Source: a virus
DNA: 64,000 nucleotides
Direction: 5' to 3' (one strand)
IMG/VR virus record: IMGVR_UViG_3300026097_000015
Span: 37,545 to 101,544 of that record
Shown: one piece after another, positions 21,131-30,089 of the stretch
Position numbering within the stretch: position 1 is the first letter of the stretch
How the letters are laid out: each line of letters begins with the position of its first letter
Program-made: the position numbers and the translations under genes
The notes under the pieces: generated by a model
Databases searched by the model: none
Seen by the model: only the letters and a program-made list of their open reading frames with translations
Told to the model about the DNA's origin: nothing

Positions 21131-21738
21131 TGGAACACATAGTTATAAAACCGTAATCAAAATTTTATATCTCCATAGCCCCATATCCTATATAATGCTA
21201 AAACAGTCTGGGATTTCAAAAGCTTCATCGTAATGTCTTTTTGGGAGATAGTGTTTATATATAGGGGGATAATTACCAAGATAGGTAAATTTTATACCCT
21301 CAAAAAATATAAATAAATCTAATAAAATAAACAAAAATAAATAAAAATAGATCAAAATGTTTTAAAAATAAAGAAAATGTTTTATTCTCTTATAGGGGGT
21401 ATTAACGTATAATGGTTAACCAATATATGATATACATACCTAGTGTAAGTACTATACCTTCCAGCATTTTATACCCTCCTTCGTAATAAATAATAAATTA
21501 ATTAATAATGCCTACGGCATCTGTTATAAAATTTGGGGTATACCAACAGATAACCCATTAAGTGTTAATATACCTATACATATAATACATATACTAGATT
21601 AAGATCATATACCCTGGATGTTACATACATGTTAAATAGTTTTATTATAGATATACTAAAACAACCAGCGATTTCAAAAGGTCCATCGTAATACTTTTTA
21701 AACTAAATAGTTTTTAATATAGGTCATGCTCGATGCAT

Positions 21739-21814
21739 AAAAAAAAGAAGCTGGATAGCTAGTTCATAGCCACATCGCAATGACGTTAGCTAGCTTGCAC
21801 CTATCCAACTTCTA
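21739..21814 (-). ncRNA. Candidate small RNA with own promoter and terminator
   Basis: TTGACA-N17-TATAAT at 21849-21821; stem AGAAGTTGGATAG/CTATCCAGCTTCT followed by a T-tract. Confidence 0.6.
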
Positions 21815-21992
21815 TACATAATTATATCCTATATAGCCCAGGATGTCAAGTTGATCATCGTAATACCCTCAAAACAACCCACGATTTTATATGATCCATC
21901 GTAAAGGTTTTTATATATGGGATATGGTAACATTTTGATAACTTTGGGTCGATCACAGAATACCCCCTTTTGTCAAGGGGGTATAAACTTTA

Positions 21993-22271
21993 CTAGTCTG
22001 TGTCAGTGATATCTAGATACTTGTTGTGAAGATTGAGAATACCTGATAACTCGTTATCTGTTAGAGAGTCTAATGTCATTTTCTCTAGGGCAATAAAAAA
22101 GCATAGGCTAGTGTATAGGTTGTTCTCATAGAGAAATGTCCTATACACATCTGGCGTATAAACAACTTCCTCGTCACCCCAAAACTGTTCTTCAAGGTCA
22201 AGTGTAAATCTGTTTAGAGTGTCTGCTATATCGTATAACTCGGACATTTCTTCTTCGGTGTATTTTGTCAT
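21993..22271 (-). CDS. Hypothetical acidic protein (leaderless start MTKY)
   Basis: ATG 7 nt after the -10 of an AAATGTCC promoter. Confidence 0.65.
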   Translation of the reverse strand: MTKYTEEEMSELYDIADTLNRFTLDLEEQFWGDEEVVYTPDVYRTFLYENNLYTSLCFFIALEKMTLDSLTDNELSGILNLHNKYLDITDTD

Positions 22272-22301
22272 ATCTAAAACCCTATCATATCCTATGGACA
22301 T

Positions 22302-22586
22302 TTATTCCATACTCCTAGCTAGTAGGTCATCAAGCACATCATACCCTTCATCCTCTAGACCTAATGCAGCCAACAGCAGGTCAAAGGTTTCATCAATAAA
22401 GGTATTTGCTTCTTTGTTTCCTGAAACAATCTTTTCACTTAGTAAATATGCAAGGGGTAGCCCTAAGTCATTGTATTCAATAAAGTCTGAAAAATCAGCG
22501 TCTGCCCGATAATTCATCCATAGGTCTGCTAGGATGCCGCACTTGTCATTGAAAGTCGTCTGTCCTGTATTGTCTGAACCGCTCAT
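22302..22586 (-). CDS. Hypothetical protein
   Basis: ILADLW...DFIEYNDLGLPLAY. Confidence 0.7.
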   Translation of the reverse strand: MSGSDNTGQTTFNDKCGILADLWMNYRADADFSDFIEYNDLGLPLAYLLSEKIVSGNKEANTFIDETFDLLLAALGLEDEGYDVLDDLLARSME

Positions 22587-22791
22587 CTATATCATCACTC
22601 AATTCTTCTCTTGCTGTTTCTTGGTTTGTCTTTGCGTAGTAGGCACTATCCGCTATTTCCTGTAACCTGTTGTAGTTTATAGTTGGCTTATGCCTAGCTA
22701 TATAAACTCCTACTTGGTCTAGGTCTAATCGCAAATCAGAAAGCATATCAGCCATTTTGCCTGCTACCTGTTCTTCTCTGCTTTTTCTCAT
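22546..22791 (-). CDS. Hypothetical protein
   Basis: GGAGG SD; LSDLRLDLDQVG. Confidence 0.7.
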   Translation of the reverse strand: MRKSREEQVAGKMADMLSDLRLDLDQVGVYIARHKPTINYNRLQEIADSAYYAKTNQETAREELSDDIDERFRQYRTDDFQ

Positions 22792-22815
22792 ATACCTCCG
22801 TATTCTATTATCTCA

Positions 22816-22866
22816 TAAAAAGGTGATGGGGGCAAGGGGAAAGTAGGAATACCCTCAACCCCACCA
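22816..22866 (-). terminator. Intrinsic terminator with loop UAUUCCUACUUUC
   Basis: 15-bp GC-rich stem plus T-tract just after the stop at 22870. Confidence 0.75.
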
Positions 22867-22869
22867 ACT

Positions 22870-23301
22870 CTAATAGACCATTCTGGGGTCTAAATCTTCA
22901 ATGTACTTGGGAAGCGTCTCTAGGAATTCTAGTATCCTAAGTGACAAACGGTCTTTATAATTTGCCATGAACGTATCTAAATCAATAAAGCCATCTAGTC
23001 CAAAGTCAAGCCAACCGTCCATGCTTATTTGTTCTAACATACTGTGGTTCTTGGGGTCCTGTGTTTTCTTTGCCCAGTCAACTAGGCCAATTGCCTCAGC
23101 TTCCTTTGTAAGAAGAGTAATTGTATAATCAGTATCCATTATAGGAAGAGGTGACTGTTGCCATACACGTGCATTAATCATCCACAGGTCCTGGTCCCAG
23201 AATGTATCCTCACCATACCATTGCTCAGGACACCATACATTAAGGTCCCAGTCAATCTTTGTTTTAGTTTTGTTCTTGTTACGAATCATTGTTGCTGTCA
23301 T
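22870..23301 (-). CDS. Hypothetical protein
   Basis: ATG overlapping the upstream stop, GGAGGG SD. Confidence 0.65.
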   Translation of the reverse strand: MTATMIRNKNKTKTKIDWDLNVWCPEQWYGEDTFWDQDLWMINARVWQQSPLPIMDTDYTITLLTKEAEAIGLVDWAKKTQDPKNHSMLEQISMDGWLDFGLDGFIDLDTFMANYKDRLSLRILEFLETLPKYIEDLDPRMVY

Positions 23302-23489
23302 TTCTTTCCCTCCAAGGTAGGCTCTTCTTCTTCTGGTAGCCAGAAAACTTCTTCTGTCCATCCCCACTTCACTATGCCATCTATATATACAGCATCATAT
23401 GCTTTGGCCTTAGCTTCTTCGGGGGAGTCTGCTTCAACCTCAGTCATCCCCCACTCAATACGTTTTACATATACTTCATATGTACTCAT
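23298..23489 (-). CDS. Small protein with VEADSxEEA motif
   Basis: AAGGAG SD. Confidence 0.7.
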   Translation of the reverse strand: MSTYEVYVKRIEWGMTEVEADSPEEAKAKAYDAVYIDGIVKWGWTEEVFWLPEEEEPTLEGKK

Positions 23490-23640
23490 GATGTCTCCTT
23501 TGCATATTCAAGCAACAACCTGATGTGATGCACTATTTGTTCTGGGGATAGGTCTTCTCTCTCAATGTATTCGTATACACGGTCAAGCACCTCTCCATCT
23601 GTCGTTTCGCTATTCATTGTAAAAATATCTGCGTAATTCA

Positions 23641-24087
23641 TTATGCATTCTCCTCTGCATATAGTTTTGCTTCAGGGTCTTCTGGTGATACAGGTCGCAA
23701 CCCATACCCCTCACAATCTGAACAGTCAGGGTCACCTTCGTCATTGCTTTCATCAAAGCAGTGGCACTCAATGTCTAATGACAATACCACAACCTCGCTA
23801 GAATCTTTCCACGGTATCTCACAGACATAGTAACCTAGTCTATCTACAATACCAATACCTGGAACCAATAGCAAGGACATCTCTCCCTGAACCATTGTCC
23901 AAACATAGTGGTTGTCTTTAGATAAGACATAGTCTAATTCTTCACCATAGGTTTCAAACATTAGTTCATTGCCTGTAACAAGGTGGTTCTCTTGTGGCTT
24001 GAACCGCTCTTCCCATTCGCTCTGAGTCATCTCATATGCATCTAGATTGATGACATCGTCCATATCCCAATTGCCATTGTCATTCAT
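23641..24087 (-). CDS. Hypothetical protein with FETYGEE motif and C-terminal Cys cluster
   Basis: GAAAGTAGG SD. Confidence 0.75.
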   Translation of the reverse strand: MNDNGNWDMDDVINLDAYEMTQSEWEERFKPQENHLVTGNELMFETYGEELDYVLSKDNHYVWTMVQGEMSLLLVPGIGIVDRLGYYVCEIPWKDSSEVVVLSLDIECHCFDESNDEGDPDCSDCEGYGLRPVSPEDPEAKLYAEENA

Positions 24088-24203
24088 TATTTACCTACTT
24101 TCTTCTTTACATACTTCACAATGATAGTTATCTGTTTGGGGGTAGTAGTCTAACACTCTATCCTCCATACAGCAATCACAAACATCTAATATCATACCCA
24201 CTC

Positions 24204-24734
24204 CTAGTGATGAAAGTCTACAGGAACAATGTACCAGTTGTCAACACCAGCCTCAATGCTTTCACGAACAACTGAGGGGTAAGTTATCTCATTGATGATA
24301 TCAAAGAAAAAACTGTGATAGTTCCAGCTAGCTCCTGCTATGTTTGCTAATTTAGTTAGGGGGTATAAAGCAATACTAGAATGGTAATCAGGATACAATC
24401 CTTCTTTATTATTCTCTATATTATCTAATATCTGAGGTAAGTCTATCTCCCTAGATTGGTCTAATGCTCGTCCCAGCTCTGCTAAGTGATACTCATGAGC
24501 CTTGATTAGATACTCATGAAACTTGGGGTCGTCTTGATGTGCTACATCACCAACATACTTACTGTCGTAAGGCTTATCACTACTACTCCAGCGTCCACCA
24601 CCTGTAACAAACCAGTCATACCATGTATTGATGATTTCACTGTCGCCCATTTGCATATTGAGAAATGCTTCAACATCTCCATGTGCCTCCTCTGCACTGT
24701 CAGCCTGTGTGGCTACATATTGAATTACGTGCAT
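24204..24734 (-). CDS. Hypothetical protein (WYDWFVTGGGRW, VPVDFH motifs)
   Basis: GAAAGTAGG SD. Confidence 0.75.
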   Translation of the reverse strand: MHVIQYVATQADSAEEAHGDVEAFLNMQMGDSEIINTWYDWFVTGGGRWSSSDKPYDSKYVGDVAHQDDPKFHEYLIKAHEYHLAELGRALDQSREIDLPQILDNIENNKEGLYPDYHSSIALYPLTKLANIAGASWNYHSFFFDIINEITYPSVVRESIEAGVDNWYIVPVDFHH

Positions 24735-24774
24735 AGATTTCCTACTTTCTATTTGTTGTCAGCCTACCAGTTAT

Positions 24775-25119
24775 TTATACGTTTGTCAAGCTGTTTGCGT
24801 ATTCTTCTACAAAATGCTCAAAGTCAAAAACGATACTGTGATATGTAACAGTATTATTAGTGAAGTCAGCTGACAAGGTGTCATAGCTTTCTTCTCCAGC
24901 CTGATAGCTGGTTAGTCCAAAACCTGTTTCACTAGTCCACTCATTACCAATCAGCTGCGAGACTACGATACGGATTGCATAGGGAACATCTCCCCAACGT
25001 GGCTCTGCTTTTTGCAGGGCATATGCAAAGTCTCTAACCTTACTATCCCCACCCCAGTGTGAGTATAGCCATACGCTACCTTTTTCATCTTTCAATTCAA
25101 AATTAGTTCTTGCTCCCAT
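24775..25119 (-). CDS. Hypothetical protein (MGAR...LYSHWGG motif)
   Basis: GAAAGTAGG SD. Confidence 0.75.
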   Translation of the reverse strand: MGARTNFELKDEKGSVWLYSHWGGDSKVRDFAYALQKAEPRWGDVPYAIRIVVSQLIGNEWTSETGFGLTSYQAGEESYDTLSADFTNNTVTYHSIVFDFEHFVEEYANSLTNV

Positions 25120-25131
25120 GATTCCTACTTT

Positions 25132-25314
25132 CTATTTGTCTTCTACATATCCTAGTGCAACTCCACAGGAATTGCAAGTCTCAGGGGTATAAAGTTCAAC
25201 AGCTCCATACCATCCATTATAGTAATCAGAGTCCTTCGCACAAAAATCTGAACAATAGTATTCATAGTCTAATACGTCACCCTGTTTATCTTCAATCAAT
25301 GCTATATGAGCCAT
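25132..25314 (-). CDS. Small zinc-finger-like protein
   Basis: YCSDFC...CNSC; first gene after a promoter. Confidence 0.7.
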   Translation of the reverse strand: MAHIALIEDKQGDVLDYEYYCSDFCAKDSDYYNGWYGAVELYTPETCNSCGVALGYVEDK

Positions 25315-25665
25315 ACCTCTACCTTTCTCTGATACTCAGAGCCTATCACATGGTATGGACATTTACAAGTAGAAGTCCAGGATTTTCCAGGATTTTTCTT
25401 AATGCTTCGTAAATGTTTATTTATCTTTATATATATATGAATAAATTTGGGGTCGATCCCAGAAAAAGAAAAAGGAGGCCGAAGCCTCCCCTTTCCCATC
25501 AACCAACCTTATTTATCCTTATACTTCTCATACTGCCTTTTACGCAATTCGTTTTGAATTTTGATATCCCTGAATGTTTCAGATGCCTTGGCAAATTGAG
25601 ATGCCCCAATCGCAAACATTATCAAAGGTGCAAATATAAATAGCAATATAATTAGAAACTCCATA

Positions 25666-25959
25666 TTACGCCTCTACCCTATCCAAAATCTCAACTTCTA
25701 GGGTAGGTCTAATATCACTAACCATATAGTCAAGAATGTCATCAACAGCTTTGTCTAGGAAGTATTCTTCCAACATAGACCTAGTTAGTTCATGACCATT
25801 AGCTAATACAGTTTTGATATGCTCATCATCATCTATGTAGTATTCTAATGCTAGGTTTACCTTTGCTACCCTTTCGGTTCTAAACATCTCCAAAAGATTC
25901 CTCCCTAATGTTGCTTGCGGTTTTGGTATCGCCATCAAGGATAGCTGATACATAGTCAT
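25666..25959 (-). CDS. Hypothetical protein (true start probably downstream)
   Basis: ORF track; overlaps upstream gene. Confidence 0.5.
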   Translation of the reverse strand: MTMYQLSLMAIPKPQATLGRNLLEMFRTERVAKVNLALEYYIDDDEHIKTVLANGHELTRSMLEEYFLDKAVDDILDYMVSDIRPTLEVEILDRVEA

Positions 25960-26230
25960 ATCTATTGTTTTCGTGCATATTTACAATATCATCCCATTGG
26001 TCAGCTGTCAAGTTATCAGGCTCAAATTGTCTGACATCCCCTTGACCATAGTCACCATCAGCGGTAACCCAAGCATTGCTTTTGATAGCAACTTCTAGCA
26101 AATGTTCGTGAGCGTCTATGATACCCTCCAGATAATTCTCGTGAGAAGCGTCTGTTGTGTTATCAAGCTCATTCTTGAAATCTCTTAGTCTGTTGTTTAT
26201 ATATTGAATCATTTGTGTGCCTCTTTCCAT
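25880..26230 (-). CDS. Hypothetical protein (start probably 26212)
   Basis: GAAAGAGG SD before MIQY. Confidence 0.65.
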   Translation of the reverse strand: MERGTQMIQYINNRLRDFKNELDNTTDASHENYLEGIIDAHEHLLEVAIKSNAWVTADGDYGQGDVRQFEPDNLTADQWDDIVNMHENNRYDYVSAILDGDTKTASNIREESFGDV

Positions 26231-26345
26231 ACATCTGTCTTTTGGACTGCCTCTTCTCCAAATACCTCTGATAGCTCTCTCAGGGCATCTTGGAATCCGT
26301 GGAAGTATCCTCTGTCATATAGTTCTTCTAGTATTTCAAGCTTAG

Positions 26346-26534
26346 TCATCTTGCGTTCACTCCATATTTCTGTGTAAGCGTTGTCTTTATTTGTTCCATC
26401 CTACCAGTTAGCACGGACACTGAATGCATACTTAGGTCTTTGATACAACTTACATCATTGTGCAAGGTTATGTATTCAAGCCTTAGACTTTTGATTGCTT
26501 CTTCTTTAGTCACAGTCAAACCCCTCTGCCTCAA
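26346..26534 (-). CDS. Hypothetical protein
   Basis: ORF track. Confidence 0.5.
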   Translation of the reverse strand: MRQRGLTVTKEEAIKSLRLEYITLHNDVSCIKDLSMHSVSVLTGRMEQIKTTLTQKYGVNAR

Positions 26535-26615
26535 AGATAGCCTCTATCTCTGTTAGTTGTTCTTCTGTCAAGTGGTCTACCTGAACGGCATCTGCAAACA
26601 TCTTTCCAAAATCCA

Positions 26616-26924
26616 TTACAATACCTCACATATACTTTCACCTTGTGCAACGAGGGAATAGAACTCATCTGACCCCTCGTCATTTGTATATACTACATCA
26701 ATAAACTTTAGATAGCAACTATTTTCGTACCAACTTCTTGCGGTATTTAGTAAGTCATATGGATTGCTATCTTTAGCTTTAATTAAATAATCATACTCAT
26801 AGTCAATCATTTGTTGGGTTTGCTTTTCATCCATCAGGATATAAACCTTGTGGCAACCCTCCCAAGCGATTGAGTCAGCTTCGTTGATTATGTTTTCCAT
26901 ACCCCACATCTCGTACTTACTCAT
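26616..26924 (-). CDS. Hypothetical protein (AWEGCHKVY, WYENSC.LKFI)
   Basis: GAGGAGG SD before MSKY. Confidence 0.7.
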   Translation of the reverse strand: MSKYEMWGMENIINEADSIAWEGCHKVYILMDEKQTQQMIDYEYDYLIKAKDSNPYDLLNTARSWYENSCYLKFIDVVYTNDEGSDEFYSLVAQGESICEVL

Positions 26925-27004
26925 CTTCTTCCTCCTCATACATGTCATAACAGCGTTTACATTCACCAAACCAAATGTCTGGTATTTGGGTTACCCCACA
27001 GGTT

Positions 27005-27211
27005 TTACAGGTAGTTAGAAGACTGCTCATCTTCTTCGTCCTTTAGCATTTCATCGTGTTCTGCATTTTGGTATGTTTCAAAACTAAATAAGTCTTCATC
27101 ACATTCAGGGCATTGAGCATAGTATCCCTCTGATACATCCTCAAAGGAAGTGGGAGCTCCACAACGAGCGTGTCTAAGCTTAGGTTCAGTCTTCATCATC
27201 ATCTGATTCAA
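27005..27211 (-). CDS. Small zinc-ribbon protein
   Basis: HARCG...CPECDEDL. Confidence 0.6.
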   Translation of the reverse strand: MNQMMMKTEPKLRHARCGAPTSFEDVSEGYYAQCPECDEDLFSFETYQNAEHDEMLKDEEDEQSSNYL

Positions 27212-27350
27212 TCTCCTCTACCTGAATGTCGTCAACACCTACATACATACAGTTCTGGTCATAGATTGCCAACTGCTCTGCTTCTTCTGCGGAATCAGCC
27301 TCAATCTCTCCAGAGAACTCTACCGTCATATTCACTATAAATCTAGCCAT
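27186..27350 (-). CDS. Small protein with IEADSAEEA motif (missing from ORF track)
   Basis: Promoter plus GAAAGTAGG SD; MARFIVNMTVEFSGEIEADSAEEAEQLA. Confidence 0.7.
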   Translation of the reverse strand: MARFIVNMTVEFSGEIEADSAEEAEQLAIYDQNCMYVGVDDIQVEEIESDDDED

Positions 27351-27390
27351 TAGACTTCCTACTTTCTTGTTGGTTGATTGTAGCCTAGCA

Positions 27391-27747
27391 CTAAGCTAGG
27401 ACATTTTGTTCAATACCCTCTACCTGATTTTGCCATAGTGACAAGTTTGCACGGTAACGGTCATTGTAAGTACCAATAAGGTTTTCAAGTGTAATAGTAT
27501 TCTCAGAGATACAACGCTTTGCTTGTTCTAGTGTGATATCTCTTGAAAGATATGTAAACCCATTGTCTAGCATTACATTAGACTTATTCTCGTATTCATC
27601 TTCATCAAAGAACCAGCCTACACCCTCATCCATAACAAGGGCAGGGCCTCTGCCTGTGATAAGAAAAGCGGTAGGGACAAGAGTCAACTCATCATCTAAC
27701 CCTAGTTCAATCTTTACAAGCTCTGAATCTAACATTGGAAATTCCAT
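27391..27747 (-). CDS. Hypothetical protein
   Basis: Promoter plus AGGAGG SD. Confidence 0.75.
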   Translation of the reverse strand: MEFPMLDSELVKIELGLDDELTLVPTAFLITGRGPALVMDEGVGWFFDEDEYENKSNVMLDNGFTYLSRDITLEQAKRCISENTITLENLIGTYNDRYRANLSLWQNQVEGIEQNVLA

Positions 27748-27904
27748 TTATTCCTCCTTGGTTGATATGATTACACTACCATAGGGCATGGACATTTAAG
27801 TTCAAAACTCCAGGATTTCAAAATCTTCTTCGTAAAGAACAAATAATGTTTAACTAACTAAAAAGTTTGGTCGACCCCAGTATTCCAGATCAGGAATATG
27901 GGAA

Positions 27905-27932
27905 GGGCAGTTTATTCTCATGCCCAGGAGAA
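27905..27932 (-). other. 3'-UTR H-type pseudoknot, copy 1
   Basis: UUCUC-CU-GGGCA-U-GAGAA-UAAAC-UGCCC. Confidence 0.65.
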
Positions 27933-27937
27933 GTAGG

Positions 27938-28945
27938 TTATACGCCTACTGTTTCCCTAACAATCGCCATTAGACGATTCTTTTCTGCATTCACCATTGG
28001 GTCAAACCCTGATGCTGATGCATAGATTGATTCGCTGTTACCACCACGTGCTTTGCGGTACCAGTCTAGACGCTCAGTCATACCGTTCAACGCACCCCAA
28101 GCTGTTCCAGCAATGGTGTTGTTATATTCTCCAGTATAGATAGACTGTAGCATGTCAACTTTGGTTGTGTGCTTTTTGATGGACCCCTTGGAGTCTTTCT
28201 CTGGAGCAGGGTATGCCTTAGCTACAATCTGGTCAAAGGTATTCTTGCTAATCTCAGTTTCAATTAGTTTCTGAGCAAGCAATTGGAATTCGTCAATGTA
28301 GGCATTGGCTAGGCCTAGGGCTTCACGAGCTGCTTGCACCTTACCCTGAGCGGTTTGAGTGTGACGAATCTTGAATGACTGCTTGACACCTTTACGACCT
28401 TTACCAAGTACCAAGTTCAAAGTGTTAGCACAAACAACACGTACAGGAGTAACGGATGCCTGAATAGCAACTGAGCCATCGTGGCTAGTGTTTACTAGTA
28501 GATAGTTGTTGACCTTGTCAGATACGCCATTAGGGTCCAGAACCGTTTCACGCTCTAGGGCTAGTGAACCAAACACCTGACGTCCGCCCTTGATGGAGCC
28601 AGCAGTTTCCCAACGTCCTCCATCCAGCATGGCATCGCCAAATTCAAACAGGTCTTCATTCTGCAATGGAACATAACGCTCACCAACAACACCTAGGATG
28701 TCGTTCTGGCTACGGTCAAATGGGTTAGTACGTGTAACAAAGGAGTAACCCTTGTCAGATGAAAAGTTTTCGGGTACAGGAACTTCTTCCAAGCGGACGT
28801 TCCAGTCATTTAGGTTAGCAAGCTTTAGCATCTCTGCTGTAGACACTTCTTCATTGAACACTGTACCAAGCTTGTGCCAGGCAGGCTCTCTGAATGATGC
28901 AAAGGTAGCTTCGCCAGTTTCTGATAATTCTAATTCGTGGGCCAT
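27938..28945 (-). CDS. DUF932 / TIGR03299 phage-plasmid protein
   Basis: MAHELE..WHKLG, LGVVGERYVPLQN, WETAGS..GGR, NTSHDGS, TPVRVVCANTL, IRHT. Confidence 0.88.
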   Translation of the reverse strand: MAHELELSETGEATFASFREPAWHKLGTVFNEEVSTAEMLKLANLNDWNVRLEEVPVPENFSSDKGYSFVTRTNPFDRSQNDILGVVGERYVPLQNEDLFEFGDAMLDGGRWETAGSIKGGRQVFGSLALERETVLDPNGVSDKVNNYLLVNTSHDGSVAIQASVTPVRVVCANTLNLVLGKGRKGVKQSFKIRHTQTAQGKVQAAREALGLANAYIDEFQLLAQKLIETEISKNTFDQIVAKAYPAPEKDSKGSIKKHTTKVDMLQSIYTGEYNNTIAGTAWGALNGMTERLDWYRKARGGNSESIYASASGFDPMVNAEKNRLMAIVRETVGV

Positions 28946-29168
28946 GAGGTCCTTCTTTCTGCTAGGGGATGTTTACATGTATAATCTAACACAGGGGTAG
29001 GACATTTTGCAAGGTCTTCGTAAGACTTTCTTAAAGTATTTTATTACAAATTGGTAACAGCGGGTCGACCCTAGATTGATCCAAATGTCAAGGATAAAGC
29101 AAACCCCCTAGACTACACTTGGTCAGAAAAGCTTTCCATAGCTTCCCTTTTTCATCTAGGGGGTAGGC

Positions 29169-29195
29169 GGGTAGTTTAGAGAGATACCCAGCTCC
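29169..29195 (-). other. 3'-UTR H-type pseudoknot, copy 2
   Basis: GGAG-CU-GGGUA-U-CUCU-CUAAAC-UACCC. Confidence 0.65.
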
Positions 29196-29200
29196 AGTCA

Positions 29201-29650
29201 TTACAGAATTTCCATAATTGCCCCATAGGTGGAGGCACTTACTTCTTCCTGTGAAGTCATTTTGAGAATGTTTAGGTTCTTCTCAAGCAGTGACTTTCTA
29301 GTAGTGTAGTCACGACCAAAATGAGATTTCTGGTTTGGTCGCTCTGGCTCGTTTGGCTCTCTAGGAAAGTCCTCAATGTAATCAACATCAAAGGATACCT
29401 CAAACCTGTTGCCATAGTGACGGGACAAACGAATTGGGTCAGTATATTCATAGCCAATGCCGTTGCTGTTTGTCTTTAGATAGTTAGACACAAACGCAAT
29501 TACATCTTTCTTGTATTGCTCTTTCTCTGCCTCATACTGCTTACGCTTGGCAGGGTATTCAGCCTCTGCCTTTTCAATCTCAGCAATCTTGCTTTCAATC
29601 TCAGCAATTAGTTTTGCTACTGGAACTTTTACGCTAATGTTTCTTGCCAT
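29201..29650 (-). CDS. Hypothetical coiled-coil protein
   Basis: GAAAGTAGG SD. Confidence 0.8.
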   Translation of the reverse strand: MARNISVKVPVAKLIAEIESKIAEIEKAEAEYPAKRKQYEAEKEQYKKDVIAFVSNYLKTNSNGIGYEYTDPIRLSRHYGNRFEVSFDVDYIEDFPREPNEPERPNQKSHFGRDYTTRKSLLEKNLNILKMTSQEEVSASTYGAIMEIL

Positions 29651-29773
29651 TATGAAATCCTACTTTCATTATTAGTTTTGTTTTTGATTGTTAGGGGGTG
29701 AACTAGGGGAAAGCGTTCATTTCGGCTACCTCTACTATGGGCTTTCATTAAGGATAGCGAACCTAGTTCTAGT

Positions 29774-29802
29774 GGGGCAGTTTTGTGTGATACCCCAGCA
29801 CA
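29774..29802 (-). other. 3'-UTR H-type pseudoknot, copy 3
   Basis: UGUG-CU-GGGGUA-U-CACA-CAAAAC-UGCCCC. Confidence 0.65.
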
Positions 29803-29812
29803 ATAGGTTAGA

Positions 29813-29968
29813 CTACTTTTTGATAACAGTAGTCCAGCGAGGCTCGCCATTTACATCTAGGCGAACTCTGAATGTTCCATTTTTGTTGGCAACTACTTCT
29901 TGAATAGTGCCTGTAACACCACTCTTAGCGGTGGTGAACTGTGAGCCAACAGTTAGTGTGTTTTCCAT
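29813..29968 (-). CDS. Small SH3/KOW-like beta protein (51 aa, missing from ORF track)
   Basis: MENTLTVGSQFTTAKSGVTGTIQEVV...RVRLDVNGEPRWTTV; promoter plus AAGGA SD. Confidence 0.7.
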   Translation of the reverse strand: MENTLTVGSQFTTAKSGVTGTIQEVVANKNGTFRVRLDVNGEPRWTTVIKK

Positions 29969-30089
29969 TTTGCTTCCTTACACCTGCTCTACGACAGGAT
30001 TTGTTTCTGGTTTATCTTGTAGTCGTTTTTGCTACAAGAGTTATCTTAGCACAGGCTATGGACATTTATCAAGCCTGTTTAGTAACAAA

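Noticed and set aside
25155-25643. Plus-strand ORFs and 25302..25502 across the intergenic module
   Set aside because: They span promoter, terminator and motif DNA and give low-complexity translations
27905-29802. preQ1-I or fluoride riboswitch identity for the pseudoknots
   Set aside because: Only the architecture or the AAACUGCCC words resemble them; ligand-binding consensus nucleotides are missing and the elements are in 3' rather than 5' UTRs
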